Source: Acidimicrobiales bacterium (lineage in GTDB: Bacteria > Actinomycetota > Acidimicrobiia > Acidimicrobiales > JACDCH01). Taken from it: a DNA stretch of 64,000 bases. The number at the start of each line of letters is the position of its first letter. Positions within the stretch are counted from its first letter, which is position 1. The stretch spans positions 4 through 64,003 of the forward strand of contig DASXPN010000067.1 in NCBI GenBank assembly GCA_036493595.1, written 5' to 3'. The position numbers and the translations under genes are program-made. Shown one piece after another: positions 60,369 to 64,000 of the stretch. The notes beneath the pieces were generated by a model. It made no database searches and had not been told where the DNA came from. It saw nothing but the letters and a program-made list of their open reading frames with translations.

Positions 60369-61367
60369 ATGCCCGAGTTGACTGCGATGGACGAGTACTT
60401 CGTCCATCAGATCCCCGAACCGCTGCCGAACGTCGTCACCCACCACGAGCACTGGCGCGAGAGCCTCTTCTTCATCGCCCACTCCCCCAACGGTCCCGGC
60501 GACGTCGTCATCCTCACGATGGCGCACTTCCCCGCCCGCGGCGTGGTGGACTCGCTGCAACTCGGCCGCATCGACGGTGAGCCGACCCTCGCCCATCACG
60601 AACGTGCGTACAACGGCGATCCCCACACCATGTGCGCCGGGCCGGTCGAGATCCGCATCACCGAGCCGTTCCGTTCGGTGCATCTGCACGTCGACGAAGA
60701 AGCCTCGTCACCTCTCGCCCTCGACCTCAGCTTCACGGCGCGCACCCGGGCACACGGCTTACGCCGCGGCACCATGAAGGCGGGTCACGAGATCGTGTGG
60801 GACCAGAGCCATCTCGTGCAGTCCGGTTGGTACGACGGCACCATCATCCGCCACGGCGAGCCCCGCACCGTCGACGGCTGGTGGGGGCAGCGCGATCACT
60901 CGTGGGGCATCCGAGATCACGCCCGCTGCCCGTTGTGGATGTGGCTGGCCATCCAGTTCCCCGAAGGGATGCTCGCGGTGTGGCACTGGGAGCTGCCCAA
61001 TGGCGCTCGCATCTACACGGACGGTTGCTTCGCGCCGGCAGGCGAAGCCGACCCGATCCCCGTGGTCGACTTCCAACACGATCTGCACTGGGTCGACGCA
61101 GAACGTAAGGAGACGAGCTACGAGCGCGACGGTGACGACGTCGCCGGTGTCGCCGGCCACGTCGACATCGTCCTCGCCGGCGGTCGCACGATCGGCATCG
61201 ACGGCGAGGGCCGGTGGGCGCAGCGTTACGGCCCGCTCGGCGGCGGCTTGAACGAGATGGTCGTTCGCACGAACGACGGATGGTCGGGCACCGCCATCTA
61301 CGAGCTCACCGGCGCGCACCACCACCGGTACTTCCCGGTCGCTCGCGCGACGGGCCTCCCCGCCTGA
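60369..61367 (+). CDS. Conserved hypothetical protein (beta-rich, possibly AttH/CrtC-like)
   Basis: ATG preceded by GAGGAG. MDEYFVHQIPEPLPNVVTHHEHWRESLFF. No catalytic motif recognised. Confidence 0.5.
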   Translation: MPELTAMDEYFVHQIPEPLPNVVTHHEHWRESLFFIAHSPNGPGDVVILTMAHFPARGVVDSLQLGRIDGEPTLAHHERAYNGDPHTMCAGPVEIRITEPFRSVHLHVDEEASSPLALDLSFTARTRAHGLRRGTMKAGHEIVWDQSHLVQSGWYDGTIIRHGEPRTVDGWWGQRDHSWGIRDHARCPLWMWLAIQFPEGMLAVWHWELPNGARIYTDGCFAPAGEADPIPVVDFQHDLHWVDAERKETSYERDGDDVAGVAGHVDIVLAGGRTIGIDGEGRWAQRYGPLGGGLNEMVVRTNDGWSGTAIYELTGAHHHRYFPVARATGLPA

Positions 61368-61419
61368 CGCAGATACGCTCGCCAACCGCACATGTTCCGG
61401 CGTGCAGAGGGGGAACGAC

Positions 61420-62724
61420 ATGGCATGGGACTTCGAGACCGAACCCGAGTTCCAGACGAAGCTCGACTGGGTGGACACCTTCGTCAGCGAAGAGATCGAG
61501 CCACTCGATCTGGTCTGGCCCGGCCTGGCGTACGAGAAGCCCGATGACACACTGCGCAAGGTCATCGACCCGCTCAAGCAACGGGTCCGCGAGGAGGAGC
61601 TGTGGGCTTGCCACCTCGGGCCCGATCTCGGTGGCAAGGGCTACGGCCAGGTCAAGCTCGCACAGCTGAACGAGATCCTCGGGCGATCGTCATGGGCGCC
61701 GATCATCTTCGGCTGCCAGGCACCGGACACCGGCAACGCGGAGATCATCGCCCACTACGGCACCGACGAGCAGAAGGCGACGTACCTCCAGCCGCTGCTC
61801 AACGGCGAGCTGTTCTCGTCGTACTCGATGACCGAGCCGCAAGGCGGATCGGATCCGACCCGATTCGTGACCCGCGCCGAGCGCGACGGTGACGAGTGGG
61901 TCATCAACGGCTGGAAGTTCTTCTCGTCGAACGCGCACTCGGCGTCGTTCCTCATCGTGATGGTCGTGACGAACCCGGAGGTGTCCGCGTACCAGGGGAT
62001 GTCCATGTTCCTGGTGCCGACGGACACGCCGGGCGTGAACATCGTCCGCAACGTCGGGCTCATGGGCGAGCCGCTTGGCTCCCAAGGGCACCACGCGCTC
62101 ATCCACTACGACAACGTGCACGTGCCGGCCGACGCGCTCCTCGGCGGCGAAGGTCAGGCGTTCGCGATCGCGCAGACTCGTCTCGGCGGCGGTCGCATCC
62201 ATCACGCGATGCGCACGGTCGGGATGTGCCAGAAGGCGATCGACATGATGTGCGAGCGAGCGCTGTCGAGAGAGACGCAGGGCAGCCTGCTGGCCGACAA
62301 GCAGAGCGTGCAGAACATGATCGCCGACTCGTACGCGGAGCTGATGCAGTTCCGGCTGTTCGTGCTCTATACGGCGTGGACGATCGATCGATACAAGGAC
62401 TACCGCAGGGTGCGTCACGACATCGCGGCCGTGAAGGTCCTCATGCCGCAGGTGTTGCAGAACATCGTGCAGCGCTCCATCCAGATCCACGGCGCGCTCG
62501 GGGTGTCGAATGAGCTTCCGCTCGGTGGCATGTGGATGTCGGCGCCGGTGATGGCGCTCGTGGACGGACCGACGGAGGTGCACAAGGTGACCGTCGCCCG
62601 TCAGCTACTGAAACGGTACAAGCCGAGCGACGACTTGTGGCCGACCGAGCACCTGCCGAAGAAGGTGGCCGCCGCTCGGGCAAAGTTCGCCGAGCACCTC
62701 GAGCACGAAGTGGCCGACTTCTGA
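61420..62724 (+). CDS. Acyl-CoA dehydrogenase (ACAD10/11-FadE type)
   Basis: SSYSMTEPQGGSDPTRFVTRAERDGDEWVINGWKFFSS, ALVDGPTEVHKVTVARQLL. ATG preceded by GAGGGGGA. Confidence 0.85.
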   Translation: MAWDFETEPEFQTKLDWVDTFVSEEIEPLDLVWPGLAYEKPDDTLRKVIDPLKQRVREEELWACHLGPDLGGKGYGQVKLAQLNEILGRSSWAPIIFGCQAPDTGNAEIIAHYGTDEQKATYLQPLLNGELFSSYSMTEPQGGSDPTRFVTRAERDGDEWVINGWKFFSSNAHSASFLIVMVVTNPEVSAYQGMSMFLVPTDTPGVNIVRNVGLMGEPLGSQGHHALIHYDNVHVPADALLGGEGQAFAIAQTRLGGGRIHHAMRTVGMCQKAIDMMCERALSRETQGSLLADKQSVQNMIADSYAELMQFRLFVLYTAWTIDRYKDYRRVRHDIAAVKVLMPQVLQNIVQRSIQIHGALGVSNELPLGGMWMSAPVMALVDGPTEVHKVTVARQLLKRYKPSDDLWPTEHLPKKVAAARAKFAEHLEHEVADF

Positions 62725-62755
62725 TGGGCGACCGCCCGCTGGAGGCCGACCGCTG

Positions 62756-63499
62756 ATGGAACGTTTCGCTTCGTTCGATGGCACCGGCATCGCGTACCTC
62801 ACTGCAGGCCCGGCCGACGGCAGGGCGGTGCTGTTGCTGCACGGCTTCGCCGCCGATCATCGCCTCAACTGGGTCATGCCCGGTGTCGTCGACGCACTCG
62901 TTTCCGCCGGACATCGCGTGATCGCGTCCGATGCCCGGGGTCACGGACAGTCCGACAAGCCGCGCGACCCATCGGCCTATGAAGGCGACGCGATGGCGCG
63001 CGACGCACGCGGCCTGCTCGACCATCTCGATCTCGACGAAGTCGACGTCGTCGGCTACTCGATGGGATCGATGGTGTCGTCGCGCGTCGTACCGGACGAA
63101 CCCCGAACGCGGCGTCTCGTACTCGGCGGCGTCGGTGGCGGTCTCGTCACGGGCACGCTGCCCCGAGCGAACGTGGCCGACGGATTACTGGCCGACGACC
63201 CGACCACGATCACCGACCCGACGGCGCGAGCGTTCCGTGCTTTCGCCGACAGCACCGGCGCGGATCGCCACGCTCTCGCGGCGATCCAGCAGGCCGGCGT
63301 CGTGCGGACGGGCACGCGGCTCGGCGAGATCAGCGTGCCCACCCTCGTGCTCGTCGGCGACAAGGACACGTTGGTCGGGCCGCCTGAGCCGCTCGCCGCC
63401 GCCATTCCGAACGCGTCGATCCGCGTGGTCAAGGGCGATCACCTGTCGGCCGTCTCCGATCCCGACTTCCCGCAGGCCATCGTCGACTTCCTCGCCTGA
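62756..63499 (+). CDS. Alpha/beta hydrolase
   Basis: VLLLHGFAAD oxyanion region, VVGYSMGS nucleophile elbow, KGDHLS His region. Confidence 0.8.
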   Translation: MERFASFDGTGIAYLTAGPADGRAVLLLHGFAADHRLNWVMPGVVDALVSAGHRVIASDARGHGQSDKPRDPSAYEGDAMARDARGLLDHLDLDEVDVVGYSMGSMVSSRVVPDEPRTRRLVLGGVGGGLVTGTLPRANVADGLLADDPTTITDPTARAFRAFADSTGADRHALAAIQQAGVVRTGTRLGEISVPTLVLVGDKDTLVGPPEPLAAAIPNASIRVVKGDHLSAVSDPDFPQAIVDFLA

Positions 63500-63536
63500 C
63501 GGCGCGTCTCGGGGTCTGCGCCCGGCGCGCTCTACC

Positions 63537-63779
63537 TCACGACTTGCGGCCCCAACGCCAGGCCGGGGGCTCGCCCTTCCGGTAGGACACCCAGACGAGC
63601 ACCGCGGTGGCGCCGATCAGGACCGGGATGAAGATCCACCGGCCCAGCTCTCCCATCGCCAGCGGGGCGAGCACCACGGCTAGGTAGACCGCCAAGGCGG
63701 CCCACCCCTGCCACGACAAAGGCAGCCCCCATCCCCAGCCGTAACGCTTCGCACGGAACCAGTAGGTCGGGCTCGACAC
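63537..63779 (-). CDS. Small two-helix membrane protein
   Basis: YWFRAKRYGWGWGLPLSWQGWAALAVYLAVVLAPLA..WIFIPVLIGATAVLVWVSY. Start is uncertain (GTG 63779 or 63809). The upstream part of the long ORF is translated tandem repeat. Confidence 0.5.
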   Translation of the reverse strand: MSSPTYWFRAKRYGWGWGLPLSWQGWAALAVYLAVVLAPLAMGELGRWIFIPVLIGATAVLVWVSYRKGEPPAWRWGRKS

Positions 63780-63866
63780 GTCTACAGCTTGCCAAGCGCG
63801 CGCCGGCACGCGCGTTCGTCGCCCACCCTCCGTCCCTCGCCCGCCCCTCCCGCCCCTTGCCACCGC

Positions 63867-63946
63867 GGCCCCCGGGCCGCACATTGTCGACTGAGCCACC
63901 CCCCTCCCACCCCGGCCCCCGGGCCGCACATTGTCGACTGAGCCAC
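63867..63946. repeat. Direct repeat of a 33-nt core (GGCCCCCGGGCCGCACATTGTCGACTGAGCCAC) with a 47-nt period
   Basis: Identical copies at 63867-63899 and 63914-63946. Further GTCGAC-containing words lie at ~63962 and ~63994, up to the window edge. Confidence 0.85.
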
Positions 63947-64000
63947 GTGGCACCGTCGTTGAGTCGACCCAGAACGAGAGTCGCCGCGAAAAGTGTCGAC

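Noticed and set aside
63780-63953. The N-terminal 58 codons of the 138-aa ORF 63537-63953.
   Set aside because: That part is simply the translation of the 47-nt tandem repeat, with Gly/Arg-rich sequence in shifting frames. Only the C-terminal two-helix membrane segment looks like a real protein.
1-64000. Many long ORFs in the six-frame track are antisense to, or out of frame with, the called genes. Examples: 1191-2138+, 1408-2586-, 5495-6661+, 8103-9407-, 25691-26581-, 36852-37541-, 49058-50584- (upstream part).
   Set aside because: Their translations are dominated by Arg/Pro/Gly/Ala runs with no motifs. This is the expected artefact of stop-poor alternative frames in very GC-rich DNA. In each case another frame gives a protein with clear family motifs.
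1-64000. Searched for rRNA, tRNA, CRISPR arrays, transposases, integrases, phage genes and toxin-antitoxin pairs.
   Set aside because: I saw none. Intergenic gaps are short, and the only interspersed repeats are the ~50-bp palindromic elements. The DUF559/AbiEi-N gene has no adjacent AbiEii-type partner.

Overview
This is a very GC-rich, actinobacterial-type chromosomal segment, densely packed with about 65 protein genes. I saw no rRNA, tRNA, CRISPR array, transposase or integrase.

Most genes are lipid/steroid-type catabolic functions:
- acyl-CoA ligases and acyl-CoA dehydrogenases, including one split alpha/beta pair and one fused beta-alpha form
- thiolases and a DUF35/SCP-x thiolase pair
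- CoA-transferases and an enoyl-CoA hydratase
- a cytochrome P450 and many SDRs
- seven luciferase-like (LLM, mostly F420-type) oxidoreductases
- three D-aminoacylase-like and two amidohydrolase-2 paralogs

A block at 41.8-50.7 kb resembles the echA20-ipdA-ipdB-ipdC ring-C/D (HIP) steroid module of mycobacteria.

Three near-perfect KstR-type palindromes (ACTAGAAC-NN-GTTCTAGT) sit on the -10-like hexamers of genes that look leaderless. A second, unassigned palindrome class (TCTGAYG-N3-CGTCAG) marks three other promoters.

The most unusual items are:
1. An ECF sigma factor fused to ankyrin repeats and a Walker-A-less F1-ATPase-beta-like module.
2. A family of six ~50-bp palindromic REP-like elements at gene 3' ends, with compensatory stem changes. 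Two inverted copies bracket an AbiEi-N/DUF559 nuclease-like gene.
3. An eight-gene translationally coupled operon with a sulfotransferase embedded between two acyl-CoA ligases.

All calls rest on reading the translated ORFs and the DNA by eye. No database search was run.
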